Shown: positions 18,611-28,567 of the stretch, in pieces
Numbering within the stretch: position 1 is the stretch's first letter
How the letters are laid out: every line of letters starts with the position of its first letter
Assembly: GCA_051439505.1 (NCBI GenBank)
Contig: JBFRWI010000072.1
Span: forward strand, 1-52,461
DNA length: 52,461 bases
From: Hormoscilla sp.
GTDB lineage: Bacteria; Cyanobacteriota; Cyanobacteriia; Cyanobacteriales; Desertifilaceae
Direction of reading: 5' to 3'
Made by a program: the position numbers and the translations under genes
The notes under the pieces: model-generated
What the model saw: the letters and a program-made list of their open reading frames with translations, nothing else
Told to the model about the DNA's origin: nothing
Database searches by the model: none

Positions 18611-20008
18611 TTAATACTTTTGCCTCATGGACCTAGCTAAAAGCCAGAAAGGCAATACACCCAACAACCCTAATGCTGCCAATACAGATAAGATAATTAT
18701 CAACCTCGTGGGTCCGGGAAGGGTAGGTCCTACCCAAGGAAATACATAGGTTTTTGGCTCCGATCCGATCGCACCCCCAGGACTATTCACTTCTATTGTG
18801 ACAGTATGTTCGGAACCCCGATCGGCATTGGTCGGCTGACTGTAGCTAATTTCATACTCTCCCAGCAATGCTTCGAGGAATTCCTTCAGATTTTCCGATA
18901 TCTCAGAGGCGTTCCCCGAAAATTCCGCGATCGCCCCTGTGGCCTGGGCAATTTGCTGCAATCGTTTTTGGTCAACAAATTCTTCTCCGGGGACAGTAAT
19001 TTGAGCTAATCTATTGGGGTTAGTAAAGTCTGATGGTGCCACTTTGCCGACATCGGCGATCGTCGGAGGTCTCGATAGATTATATTTAGCTTGTAACTGC
19101 TGGGGTGTCAAGCCGTAACCCAAGGTATGTATGGTAATATCAGGATAACGCTTGAGCAGCTTCAGCAGCTTTTCAAAATCTGCCGCTTCCCGTTCTACTT
19201 CATTTTCTTGGCCGTGATAGATGCTATGATAGCCATCAGAAAGCAGGACGATCGATAATCTTGGCTGAGGTTGATTGGCATCCTCTGGAGGGTAAAAGTC
19301 TTCCTCTGTTGGATCTCCTAAAAATTCTACTGCTCTCCGCACGGGATCGTAAATATCTGTAGCCCCGCAGAGGTTATTTAGCTCAGTCTCTAGTTCCTGG
19401 AGAGTATTTTCTAGTTGGCGATCGCCAGCTAACTTGAAATTCTTTAGTTCTCGCTCGCGCACGGGATTGCCGAGGCAATTCTTGCCGCCTCTGCTGAAAG
19501 GGACGATCGCCATATAGGTATTAGCGCCCCGTGCCGCCAAATCCCGATCGAATCTTCTAATCGCCTGAATGGCCCCCTCTAGCTTCGTCGTGCCGCTGCT
19601 ATCGAGTCGCTTCATGCTACCGCTAAAATCTAGGAGCATGATTATCCAAGCTGGGGGCAGTTCCTCGGGCCGGGGAACTCTCAATTTGGGATTCGACTCT
19701 CCCAGGGTTTGACATTCACCTTCTGGGTCACAAACTATTAAGTTCATGTCCTCTATTTCCAGACCATTGACAGGTCGATTATTTTGGTCGTAGACCTTGA
19801 CGCGCAGACTTACCGTACCCCTGTCTTTATCCACCCGGGGGTTGTCGATAATTTCCACTCTCTCTATCTGCTGGCCCCAGCAGGGACCGATCGAGCTACC
19901 CACTAGCAACAGAGATAGACTAAGCTTGCGGATCCAAGAAGCGATTGTAATAGACGAATCTGAACAGCTTTTTCCCATGATATACACCCTCGTCGGCGTG
20001 AAAGGCAA
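18611..20008 (-). CDS. Exported, C-terminally membrane-anchored vWA protein
   Basis: Signal-like RKLSLSLLLVGSSIGPCWG; MIDAS LDFSGSM, GATD, LSDG; C-terminal TM helix. Start is uncertain because it overlaps the upstream gene. Confidence 0.88.
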   Translation of the reverse strand: MPFTPTRVYIMGKSCSDSSITIASWIRKLSLSLLLVGSSIGPCWGQQIERVEIIDNPRVDKDRGTVSLRVKVYDQNNRPVNGLEIEDMNLIVCDPEGECQTLGESNPKLRVPRPEELPPAWIIMLLDFSGSMKRLDSSGTTKLEGAIQAIRRFDRDLAARGANTYMAIVPFSRGGKNCLGNPVRERELKNFKLAGDRQLENTLQELETELNNLCGATDIYDPVRRAVEFLGDPTEEDFYPPEDANQPQPRLSIVLLSDGYHSIYHGQENEVEREAADFEKLLKLLKRYPDITIHTLGYGLTPQQLQAKYNLSRPPTIADVGKVAPSDFTNPNRLAQITVPGEEFVDQKRLQQIAQATGAIAEFSGNASEISENLKEFLEALLGEYEISYSQPTNADRGSEHTVTIEVNSPGGAIGSEPKTYVFPWVGPTLPGPTRLIIILSVLAALGLLGVLPFWLLARSMRQKY

Positions 20009-21026
20009 TCATATCATTATGCCTTAAATCAATTGGTCTGGCAGAAGTGAGTCGATCGCCCCTTAATTCTACTCGATCGTAAACAGCAGGATTGGGAACC
20101 AACTTAGCCGTGCCGGGAGATAGATCTAGGTCGGCGACATGGGGAGGCAGTCCCGGAATATAGATATGGGCCCCCGAACCCGAACCGATTCTAATTTTTT
20201 TCCCCCTACCAGGTAACTGGATGGACAGTCCCTCTTCTATGCGATCGCTGTAGTCATCACTGACAAATTTCAATCGTGGCTTTAATTGCTTCTGAATGCG
20301 GGGATGATTAGTTGATATAGTTCGCTGACTGTCATCGTCGTAATTATCCATCGTTTCCACATACTCGAAACCCGCTCCTGCTCTCAGGGCTACCATGTAA
20401 CTGGGAGATGTAGAAATGCTTAACACCAGACCCAGTAATGCCCCCAGCAGCGAAAACCCCAGAGGATCCTCCCAACCTTTTTGGGCTTCGGGAATTTCCC
20501 CGCCTAATTGCTGTCGCCACCACTCAAATATTAATGCTGCTGCTAGGGCCGCCAAGCTGCTGGCGATCGCACTCGTCAATAGGCGTTGCCAGAAACGTTT
20601 GTTGTCACCTGCTTCCACGCTGCGCCAGCGCCAAGTCCATCCCTCGGCAACGCCAACTGCCAATCCGATCGACAACCAACCCACAATCCGCACAAATTGA
20701 CTAGAAACACTCAATTGTTTCCGCGTGACAGGATGCAAGAGAATTTGCGTTATCCCTCCAGATGCTAATCCGATTATTAGTCCCAATCCTGCCGCGATCG
20801 TCAGGGCCAACCAACCACTGCGGAGGTTACGCTTAGGTCTGGTGGGATTACTCAGAAAAATCTCCGTAGCAACTATACCAATAGCCAGGGAAATTGCCAC
20901 GCAGGGAAACAGCGCCAGTTCTGGCAACTGTTGTAACCACTCTAGGTCGCTAATGATGAATTGACCAGCGCTCCAGCCAATCAAAGCTGAAGCGATTCCC
21001 GATAATATGTAAAGATAGACTCTCAT
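19920..21026 (-). CDS. Multi-pass membrane protein with C-terminal FHA-like beta domain
   Basis: About 6 hydrophobic helices, then IRIGSGSGAHIYIPG...LRHNDMIAF (FHA-like, lacking the canonical GR). Confidence 0.8.
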   Translation of the reverse strand: MRVYLYILSGIASALIGWSAGQFIISDLEWLQQLPELALFPCVAISLAIGIVATEIFLSNPTRPKRNLRSGWLALTIAAGLGLIIGLASGGITQILLHPVTRKQLSVSSQFVRIVGWLSIGLAVGVAEGWTWRWRSVEAGDNKRFWQRLLTSAIASSLAALAAALIFEWWRQQLGGEIPEAQKGWEDPLGFSLLGALLGLVLSISTSPSYMVALRAGAGFEYVETMDNYDDDSQRTISTNHPRIQKQLKPRLKFVSDDYSDRIEEGLSIQLPGRGKKIRIGSGSGAHIYIPGLPPHVADLDLSPGTAKLVPNPAVYDRVELRGDRLTSARPIDLRHNDMIAFHADEGVYHGKKLFRFVYYNRFLDPQA

Positions 21027-21212
21027 CCCATTTGAGATTTTATATTTTGTTCAGCCGTTCGTAGACGTAGGGTGGGCACCGCCCACCATTGATCGGTTAA
21101 GCCAACGTTCCGAATGTGTAAATATTTTTGTCCATCTACTTATATTAGACTCGGAACGGGATGTATGTGTACTTTTTGCGGCCATTTCATGTGTCCGTCA
21201 GGGCAGTTGTGG

Positions 21213-21330
21213 GCCATTAGCCATTCTCCATTAGCCATTAGCCATTCTCCATTAGCCATTCTCCATTAGCCATTAGCCATTCTCCATTAGCTATTAGCCA
21301 TTAGCCATTAGCCATTAGCCATTCTCCATT
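21213..21330. repeat. STRR-like heptamer tandem array
   Basis: Mixed CCATTAG/CCATTCT units; shorter tracts near 31160 and 52187. Confidence 0.9.
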
Positions 21331-22643
21331 CAATTGGATATGAGATTGCCGATCGCATCTGCCTGCAAGCTTTTGAAAGTCCTGTCATTAATATCGATTA
21401 TGCCATTAGCATCAATTCCCTTGCGACTCTGGTATGTTCTGATGGCCTCAATCATTCTTTGAATTTCCGTTCGGTCTCCCCGTTCCACAGCAGCAGTATA
21501 GTCTAGATAGCTCACTCCCAGAGTTGACTTAATTGCCGTCACAATATTCATGTAGTTTAGTTGAACCTTGGCATTCCTTAAATCTGGGTTATTCTGCAAC
21601 TCGGCAATCATTTGCCCTAGGGCCGGTTTAGTTATTTTCGCAAATTGAAACAATTCCGTTGTTTTGATATCCCGCTTTAAGGACTCAGCCGTTTCCGACC
21701 CTGGTTCTATGTAACCAAGGGGCTGTCCTATTTTGCGCTTTTGATATAAAGAGATCGCCTCCACCCACTTCTGTTTAGCCGCCTTCAACCGTTCGGGAAC
21801 CCCGGCAAACTCCCGTTTTATTGCCCCTCCATACTGGAGGTCAAACTCACTTCCCAGCAGGTCTCTCAGTCCCAGAATGACAATTCTTTCGCTAAACTTG
21901 CGTTCCCCTTCATTTGCTGTTACCAGTTCCTTTTCCGCCAGATAAGCTACAATTTGCTGTAAGACTTGACTGGTGGTCTCGAATCTCCCCAATGCTTCTA
22001 CCTTTGAGTCCCTAGTTGCCGCAGTTGTCAAGATCGAACTTGACATGGGAAACGGCGAACTCCCCCGTTTTCCGGTTAACCCGAAAGCATTTACCAACAG
22101 GCTGACTACGAAACCACTCGCTGCTGCCAAGATTATTGCTATAATAACTCTCACCTCATTCCGGGTTTCTCGATTCAGCAGCCATTCCAGTATCCATGAC
22201 ATCAAGCCATAGGCAATAATTACCACGATCGGATTGGCATTGCCTAGGAAAAACAGGAAGCTAATCAAAAGGGCTATTCTCGCCAACCAACCGGGCTTTC
22301 CCGACATGAAAGAGAGCAATTTTTCACTCCAGGTAGGTTCCCGATCGATTTTCAGACCGCAAAATACGGCATCTACATTGTTGCCAAAAGCTCGATTAAA
22401 TACCTTGTGCGGCACTTTACCGTAGCTCACTTGGTGAAAGTATGCAGCTATCCTATATGCCCACAATATTTCTTCTTCCGAATCTTCCGAATTTTCCAAC
22501 CATGCGGACTCTCCCAACCTCGTAAACAAATCTGCCAAGGGTTCATAGGTGGTCTCCTTGCTTAAATTTTCTCTCCAGTAGGTTTGCAGATTTCTCCAGA
22601 TATATTCTCCGCATTCAAAATCGTTTTCGTTTGCTTGTACCAT
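21330..22643 (-). CDS. C-terminal half of the paralog of the 834-aa protein (TM helices plus two PG-binding-like repeats)
   Basis: FECGEYIWRNL..YEPLADLFTRLG matches FSCGENLWSNL..YKPLAELFARLG; AIRTYQSRKGIDANGII. ATG 22643 lies 1 nt after the upstream stop. Confidence 0.8.
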   Translation of the reverse strand: MVQANENDFECGEYIWRNLQTYWRENLSKETTYEPLADLFTRLGESAWLENSEDSEEEILWAYRIAAYFHQVSYGKVPHKVFNRAFGNNVDAVFCGLKIDREPTWSEKLLSFMSGKPGWLARIALLISFLFFLGNANPIVVIIAYGLMSWILEWLLNRETRNEVRVIIAIILAAASGFVVSLLVNAFGLTGKRGSSPFPMSSSILTTAATRDSKVEALGRFETTSQVLQQIVAYLAEKELVTANEGERKFSERIVILGLRDLLGSEFDLQYGGAIKREFAGVPERLKAAKQKWVEAISLYQKRKIGQPLGYIEPGSETAESLKRDIKTTELFQFAKITKPALGQMIAELQNNPDLRNAKVQLNYMNIVTAIKSTLGVSYLDYTAAVERGDRTEIQRMIEAIRTYQSRKGIDANGIIDINDRTFKSLQADAIGNLISN

Positions 22644-22644
22644 T

Positions 22645-23889
22645 TTAATTCTGACCAAATGAACTACTAATAATTTTTAAGTCCCCTCGGATATTTTCAT
22701 AGAGATCGTCGCGATACTTAGCCCACAGCCCTTCTTTTGCCGTTAATAACCAAGCCACATTTTCTACTGGTAACTCACACTCACGTTGTATCAGTTGCTC
22801 TAGGACAATTCTAATTCCTTCTGCCAGGAATGGTTCTAGTCTCCGATATTCGTGAATTCGCAGTTGAAATTGAAACTTTGCCGATGCTATTTGCTGATGA
22901 CTTTCTTGGTTTTTTTCCTCCTCCGTGTTCAACCAGTTGAGAAACTCTGGCAAGGTCTCTGGTAGGGCGATCGCCCTCACGGTCAGCAATCTAGCATCAT
23001 TACCATGGGGGTTACCCATGAGGGCCTTCGTCGCACCCAACCGGTTAAAAATATCCGACCATTGTGTTTTAGTTAGCTGCTTCTCTTCCAAGGCCGTAGC
23101 TAAAGCCTGGACTCGCTCTTTCCTGACCTGGGCATTACCGATCAGAGCTTTGATCTCGGAGAATAGTGCCGCTACATCCTCTTCTGTCCCAGGTAATCTA
23201 CTGGCCTCACCAACTAGATCTTCCTTGATTTCTGTCAGCTGTTGATATGCGCCTTCAGTAGCGGTCTGAATAATGATAAAGCTTTCTGGTCTGGACAGGG
23301 CCACTACATTATCTGCCCAGGATACTGCTTGGTGGCGATGGGCCTTCAGTTCCGCCATTCTGTTAATCATTTGGGGGGTAACGTTTTGGGACGGTTCTAC
23401 CAGCAGGGGGGCCGTCGATTCACTCAGCCAATCTTGCCAACCCCGGTCTAAGTTGACCTTGAGTTTTTTGCCGACCATATGCACTTCTTGCTGTCCGGGC
23501 CCTCTGGTTTCTCTGGGATTGAAAACCGGCAGTCGCCCTCTGATTTTCTGATATTGTTCCATCCAATCAAGGATCATCCAGAGGCGATCGGCCCCTTCGC
23601 AGAGGAAGTAGCGATAGGTCGGGAAGGAATTTCCCTGATCGTCCAGAGAGCGAGTGACGATCGCGATCGCGGACCAATCCGACTGCTGATCGCCCAAAAC
23701 CACCCGACCGAGCACTGCTGGTTCGTAACTCTCAGTACCCTCAGCGATTTGGAATAGCTGGTCGCGGATCCCTTGTGCTACCGGTAATGGAATCTCGCGC
23801 AGGGTTGAGTTTCCGAACTCACCTACCTGAAAACCCCTGGTTTCTCCTTCTATTCTGGTGCTGAATTCGTGAATTTCCAAAGTTTCCAT
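22645..23889 (-). CDS. N-terminal half of the paralog of the 834-aa protein
   Basis: IHEFST..RGFQVGE..NSTL, YRYFLCEG and LPETLPEFL are shared with 24346..26850; SD ggagg upstream. Confidence 0.82.
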   Translation of the reverse strand: METLEIHEFSTRIEGETRGFQVGEFGNSTLREIPLPVAQGIRDQLFQIAEGTESYEPAVLGRVVLGDQQSDWSAIAIVTRSLDDQGNSFPTYRYFLCEGADRLWMILDWMEQYQKIRGRLPVFNPRETRGPGQQEVHMVGKKLKVNLDRGWQDWLSESTAPLLVEPSQNVTPQMINRMAELKAHRHQAVSWADNVVALSRPESFIIIQTATEGAYQQLTEIKEDLVGEASRLPGTEEDVAALFSEIKALIGNAQVRKERVQALATALEEKQLTKTQWSDIFNRLGATKALMGNPHGNDARLLTVRAIALPETLPEFLNWLNTEEEKNQESHQQIASAKFQFQLRIHEYRRLEPFLAEGIRIVLEQLIQRECELPVENVAWLLTAKEGLWAKYRDDLYENIRGDLKIISSSFGQN

Positions 23890-24016
23890 CTGCTCATCCT
23901 CCCAAAATGGCCAGATCCACTATCTTCGATCATCTCCGGTGACATCGCCCCTGTACGTCATCAGTATACAGGATCCTGGCGGCGATCGCGATCCGGGTCG
24001 CGGTCGCTGACCAGTC

Positions 24017-24116
24017 ATGTCCCAAACCTCAAGGTCGGGCTTTTTTGGCTGATTCTTCAGGTCCAAAGACCTCAAGGTCGGGCTTTTTTGGCTGACTGTT
24101 CATGTCCAAGACCTCA
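24017..24116. repeat. 42/43-bp imperfect tandem repeat, possible decayed small ORF
   Basis: acctcaaggtcgggcttttttggctga occurs twice; the minus strand reads EVxDxxxQPKKPD repeats across a 1-nt frameshift. Confidence 0.55.
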
Positions 24117-24220
24117 ATCGTGAGCTAATACAGTCCGTCTGCGCCACTGCCGGCGATCGCGCCGATCGGCATCGAAGCGTTGCTCACTCCTGGTCGTGGG
24201 GTGTGGCCCAAAGTCTCCTA

Positions 24221-24275
24221 GCCCGCCGTGGGTTCAAACCCACGGCTAATAGCTTAAGTGGGTTAAAACCCACTG
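24221..24275. repeat. Double-hairpin REP-like repeat
   Basis: gccgtgggttcaaacccacggc-taatagctta-agtgggttaaaacccact. Confidence 0.8.
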
Positions 24276-24345
24276 GAAGCTTGTAGAGAAAGGGTTTAGT
24301 CAACTGCGATCGGGGGTGCTGTCCCACACCGGTAGATATCAATAT

Positions 24346-26850
24346 CTATTCTCCTCCATCTACCCTGTTTAGCAGTTTTTCTCTTACCTCCTCTTTCAAA
24401 ACCTCGTATGTATCTCCATCTAAATCTATTATCCCATCCGCTGCTAGCCCGTTTTGCTGCTGGTAGGAGAATATCCCTTTCACTAATATTTCTATTTGTT
24501 GGGAATCTCCCTTTTGCACAGCCCCGCTATAATTTAGGCTTTCCTGGCTTGACAACGCTACCTTGATTTCCGTGACAATTTCCTTGTACTTATCCTCTTC
24601 GCTTAAATATTTTAATGCTTCCTCTTTTCTTAACTCTTTGACTAGCGTTCCCAGAGCCTTTTTTGTGCTTCTACTGAATTCATTTATCGCGCTTTCTATT
24701 TGTTCTTCGTTCATTTCAGCTAAATCTTGCCCCGCAAACCTGCCCTTGCAAATTTGTGGTCTGTGTTGCAGCTTAAGCTTAATTTCCAGGGAGTCAGCCA
24801 CATCACACTTTAATAAATTATATGTCCTCTTCCCTGGTTCTATGTATCCATCAGCCACAGGCAACTTCTGCTGATTTCGCTGCTGATATGAATGGATAGC
24901 TTCTACCCATTTTCCTTGAGCTGCTGCTATTTCTCCTTGCCAGTCTATTTCCCACCTATTTGCAGAAATTGCTTTTTCATAATTCAGGTCTTTCGCCTGC
25001 ATATCAGTATTCTCGCTCAGAGTTTCCTGAAGTGTTTCGATAATTTTATTACGATCTTGCTCCGGTGTTTTATCTGACAACTGAGTTAACTCTCTTACCA
25101 GGCTTTCAATTGCGTTCTTAGTTATCGTAAAATTCCCGATCGCTTCCCTCTTCCAGGGCGAAACAATTGCTGACATTTGCTTTTGTCCCTGCTTTAAGCC
25201 CACTAAATACGTTGCCACATGGCTGCTTGCTAGCAGACTGACTATAGCAATAATTCGGGCATATTCTTTGACAAATCTCATGCCCTGCTCCGGTAAAGGA
25301 ATCTTTCTTTTAACTTTCAGCCCAAAAATATTCCCTTCATCGGAGCGTTCCCTTGGCAAGGCTCGCTTAAATATCGCTGTCGGCACTGCACCGTCACTCA
25401 CTTGGTAAAAGTATGCCGATAACTCATATGCTGCGGATGGAGCATTTATCGACTTAGAGTTACCTAACCGAGCAAACAACTCTGCCAAAGGTTTATAAAT
25501 GCTAGAGCGATAGGAATTTTGCCAGCACGAGCATAAATTACTCCATAGGTTTTCTCCGCAACTGAAAGCTTGCGGTTCTGGTGCCCTTCTGTTACTACTA
25601 AAGGAAGTGTTAATTGCGATTAAATCTCTCCTGACATCTTCAATCAACTGGAGACGATATGGTGCCCAAAGACTTCCCTGCGCAGTTAACAACCACAGGA
25701 CTGCTGCTACTGATAGCTTTTTGCACAGGAGGCCATTGAGGGCATTTATAATCCCGTATGTAAAATTATCTGGGAGCTGATTCAACTTATTTTTCAGTTG
25801 GGTCTGAAACTCTAGGGATACTTTTTGCTGCGGTTTTTCTTGCTTTTGCTTATCCTCTATCTTTAACCATTCCAGAAACTCTGGCAAAGTCTCTGGTAGT
25901 ATAAATGCTCTCAGAGTTAAAAGTCTTACCATTTGAGGATTGGAATTTCCCTGTCGGAGGGCATTTGTTGCACCCAGTCCATCAAAAACTTCCTGCCATT
26001 GCGTATGTTGATTTTCCCGTAATGCCGCCAATATAGTTTGAATCCATTCTGACTTTATCTGAGAACCACCGCTCAAACCGTTGATTGCTGTTTTGAGCGC
26101 CGCGCGATCGCCTGACGGTACCATCGCCCCTCGATCGCCTGACGGTACCATCGCCCCCGCACTCTCCACTCTCATCTGCCGCCTTTGCGCCAGATTTTGA
26201 TATGATTGTCCGTTAGCTGCTTGAATAATCGTAAACATTTCTGGATGCTCGATCGCCTCTACATTGTACGCCCAGGATACCGGTCCTCCATTGGCTTTTA
26301 CCTCAGCCATGGCGTTAATCGTTTGTAAATTAGGTACTCGCCCTGGTTCAATGACCACAGGTGTCTGATTGTCACTCAGAAAAGTTTGCCACTCCCTTGG
26401 TAATGGTAATTCCGGTTTATAAGCGATCTCGTACAAATGCGGATGTCCTAGCTGTTGGGTAGCAAAGGGATCGAAAACTATCTGCTTCCCTAACTGTTGT
26501 TGGTTATTCATCCAAGCGATAATTTTCCAGAGGCTATCATATCCCTCACACAGGAAGTAACGATAGAAAGAGGTCGATCGCCCATATTCATCTTGTCCCG
26601 TACTCACTGCGGCCACCACTGACCACTCATATTCTACCGTCCTCCCAATAAAGGTTGCCTCTTGACTGTTACGGTCCTGGGAAACCTCGAACCACTTGTT
26701 AGCGATCGCCCGCACCACCGAGTTAGGAATATTCTCCAGGGTTGAGTTCATGTACTCTCCCACCTTGAAGCCACGCGATCGCCATCTCCCGTCTAGTAAC
26801 CTCTCTGGGTTGATGCCCGTGCTAAATTCATGTATTGCCACAGTTACCAT
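24346..26850 (-). CDS. Large GTPase-associated (GAP1-like) bitopic protein with two C-terminal PG-binding-like repeats
   Basis: N-domain GQDEYGRSTSFYRYF; one TM (IIAIVSLLASSHVATYLVGL); AIHSYQQRNQQKLPVADGYI and GIFSYQQQNGLAADGII. The GAP1 label is an inference. Confidence 0.75.
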   Translation of the reverse strand: MVTVAIHEFSTGINPERLLDGRWRSRGFKVGEYMNSTLENIPNSVVRAIANKWFEVSQDRNSQEATFIGRTVEYEWSVVAAVSTGQDEYGRSTSFYRYFLCEGYDSLWKIIAWMNNQQQLGKQIVFDPFATQQLGHPHLYEIAYKPELPLPREWQTFLSDNQTPVVIEPGRVPNLQTINAMAEVKANGGPVSWAYNVEAIEHPEMFTIIQAANGQSYQNLAQRRQMRVESAGAMVPSGDRGAMVPSGDRAALKTAINGLSGGSQIKSEWIQTILAALRENQHTQWQEVFDGLGATNALRQGNSNPQMVRLLTLRAFILPETLPEFLEWLKIEDKQKQEKPQQKVSLEFQTQLKNKLNQLPDNFTYGIINALNGLLCKKLSVAAVLWLLTAQGSLWAPYRLQLIEDVRRDLIAINTSFSSNRRAPEPQAFSCGENLWSNLCSCWQNSYRSSIYKPLAELFARLGNSKSINAPSAAYELSAYFYQVSDGAVPTAIFKRALPRERSDEGNIFGLKVKRKIPLPEQGMRFVKEYARIIAIVSLLASSHVATYLVGLKQGQKQMSAIVSPWKREAIGNFTITKNAIESLVRELTQLSDKTPEQDRNKIIETLQETLSENTDMQAKDLNYEKAISANRWEIDWQGEIAAAQGKWVEAIHSYQQRNQQKLPVADGYIEPGKRTYNLLKCDVADSLEIKLKLQHRPQICKGRFAGQDLAEMNEEQIESAINEFSRSTKKALGTLVKELRKEEALKYLSEEDKYKEIVTEIKVALSSQESLNYSGAVQKGDSQQIEILVKGIFSYQQQNGLAADGIIDLDGDTYEVLKEEVREKLLNRVDGGE
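26105..26157. repeat. 27-bp in-frame tandem duplication anchored on HIP1-like sites
   Basis: cgatcgcctgacggtaccatcgcccc twice (GAMVPSGDR x2). Confidence 0.85.
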
Positions 26851-26854
26851 AGCT

Positions 26855-27742
26855 TTAATCCTTGTCTAATTGAGTATGATGTACTCCCGTACAAAGCCAG
26901 TATATAGGAGATACTAGACCAAAGGGTCGCCATCTTTTCGAGTCTTCCAGTACCGATGCCACCGCCCGGCGATCGCGCGTTATCTGCTTTGAATTCGGTT
27001 TGAGGAACTTATTGCCCAGCACTCCGAATGCCGATACTGTAAAATAGTCTACCTCACAGCTCCCCAATCGCTGCCAAGTCTCCAATTTTTCACAAAGTTT
27101 TTTGAAGCGGGCTGTCGCTAGCCATTTTGGTCTATATCGATTATGCCACAATTCTGTCAGTTCGCACTTAGTCAGCACCAAAGCTATTCTCCGTTTTTGC
27201 TTTTGCTCTCCACCATCACTGGCGCGATCGAGGCCGAGCAGCAGTTTATCTATCCCCTCAGCATACTCCGAGTCTAGCCTATGAGCCGTCCCATCGATCA
27301 GCAACAGCATTCCCGTTGCCAGGGCGCAGTCTTCTATATATTCTTTTAATTGTACCCCTGATTGCTTGAGCAAGTCACTGAAAAACTCTCCCGCATAATC
27401 CTTACAGTTAATATCCAGGTTCATCAATGCTAAGGGGTTATTCCTGGCCGACTGTTTTTTCAGGACTATCCGCAAGCCATAGTTTTTCACCTGCACCACA
27501 TCATCAGCCAGGCGCGTTTGTTCTAATTGCTCTCCTTGTTCTAAGATATTCTGAGCCATTTTAATCAACTCTTCCCCATCGTCGTTCGTAGCGGTCACCG
27601 CTTCCACCGGACTATCGGGGTTCGCCTGGGGCCAGCGGGCCAATGCCGCCAGATAGGTCGTTTTCCCCGATGCCCGATCGCCCACCACCCGCAGTTCCCC
27701 GGATAAGTTTTCCTCCTTGCCCTTAAACAGATCCTTAAACAC
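26855..27742 (-). CDS. TRAFAC-like GTPase 3
   Basis: G1 GDRASGKTT, G3 DYAG, G4 TKCE, G5 SAFG, C-terminal RPFGLVSPIYWL. Confidence 0.88.
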   Translation of the reverse strand: MFKDLFKGKEENLSGELRVVGDRASGKTTYLAALARWPQANPDSPVEAVTATNDDGEELIKMAQNILEQGEQLEQTRLADDVVQVKNYGLRIVLKKQSARNNPLALMNLDINCKDYAGEFFSDLLKQSGVQLKEYIEDCALATGMLLLIDGTAHRLDSEYAEGIDKLLLGLDRASDGGEQKQKRRIALVLTKCELTELWHNRYRPKWLATARFKKLCEKLETWQRLGSCEVDYFTVSAFGVLGNKFLKPNSKQITRDRRAVASVLEDSKRWRPFGLVSPIYWLCTGVHHTQLDKD

Positions 27743-28553
27743 CAGACTGCATCCTCTTGCCCTTACTTAACCAATATAGCGGCGAAATCATCCCGTAGGG
27801 TTGCCACTTGCGATTTCTCAACACCGACTGCTTACTTCCCAGATCGTCTATACGGTTGGGACGCGGATCGTTATGTTCCAGGATCCCAAAAGTAGATATA
27901 GCATAAAATCGCAAATTCTGCCGTTCAATTCTGTTCCGCAGAATACTTGTGGTTCTGGGTAAATGGACGCCGAACATATCCATTTCTGGGTCTAGTCTAC
28001 CAGGCCATAGTTCTCCCCGCTCGCATTTACTCATTGCCACCGCCAGTCGCAAGTCTTGAGTCCGCCCTCCTTCGTTCATTAACTCAATAAATCTGGACAT
28101 CACCTGACTATAGAATAAATCTCCGCCTCTATCCCATCTTTCCAGTAGCAGCAAGCATCCCACCACATCCTTGACGAAGCATTCATCGATAAACTCTTGA
28201 TGGATATTACTATATATCCCCGCTGCTAACTCATCAAATATTTCTCCAGGATAGTCCCTAAATACCAAATCTACTTCATCGTTGCTCGGAGGAAACCTCC
28301 GACTTATTTCTAGCTTAAAAGAGTACAATGGTAAATCAAAAACAGATTTTATTTTAAACCCATCTATCTCCGTCGGGGGCAGAGAGGCCCCCTGTAATAT
28401 AATCCTTTCTGCTTGTTCTTTTAGCCTTTTGGCATCATTAGTGATGCCCGTGATTTGATAATTTTGGTTGCTAGTATCGGACAAATATGCCAAAGCTGCT
28501 AAATAGGTTGTTTTCCCAGCACCCCTTGGTCCCAGCACGCAGATATTGCTCAT
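27735..28553 (-). CDS. TRAFAC-like GTPase 2
   Basis: G1 GPRGAGKTT, G2 PPT, G3 DYPG, G4 SKCE, STFG, QPYGMISPLYWL. Confidence 0.88.
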   Translation of the reverse strand: MSNICVLGPRGAGKTTYLAALAYLSDTSNQNYQITGITNDAKRLKEQAERIILQGASLPPTEIDGFKIKSVFDLPLYSFKLEISRRFPPSNDEVDLVFRDYPGEIFDELAAGIYSNIHQEFIDECFVKDVVGCLLLLERWDRGGDLFYSQVMSRFIELMNEGGRTQDLRLAVAMSKCERGELWPGRLDPEMDMFGVHLPRTTSILRNRIERQNLRFYAISTFGILEHNDPRPNRIDDLGSKQSVLRNRKWQPYGMISPLYWLSKGKRMQSGV

Positions 28554-28567
28554 TTTCCCGAGTTGAG

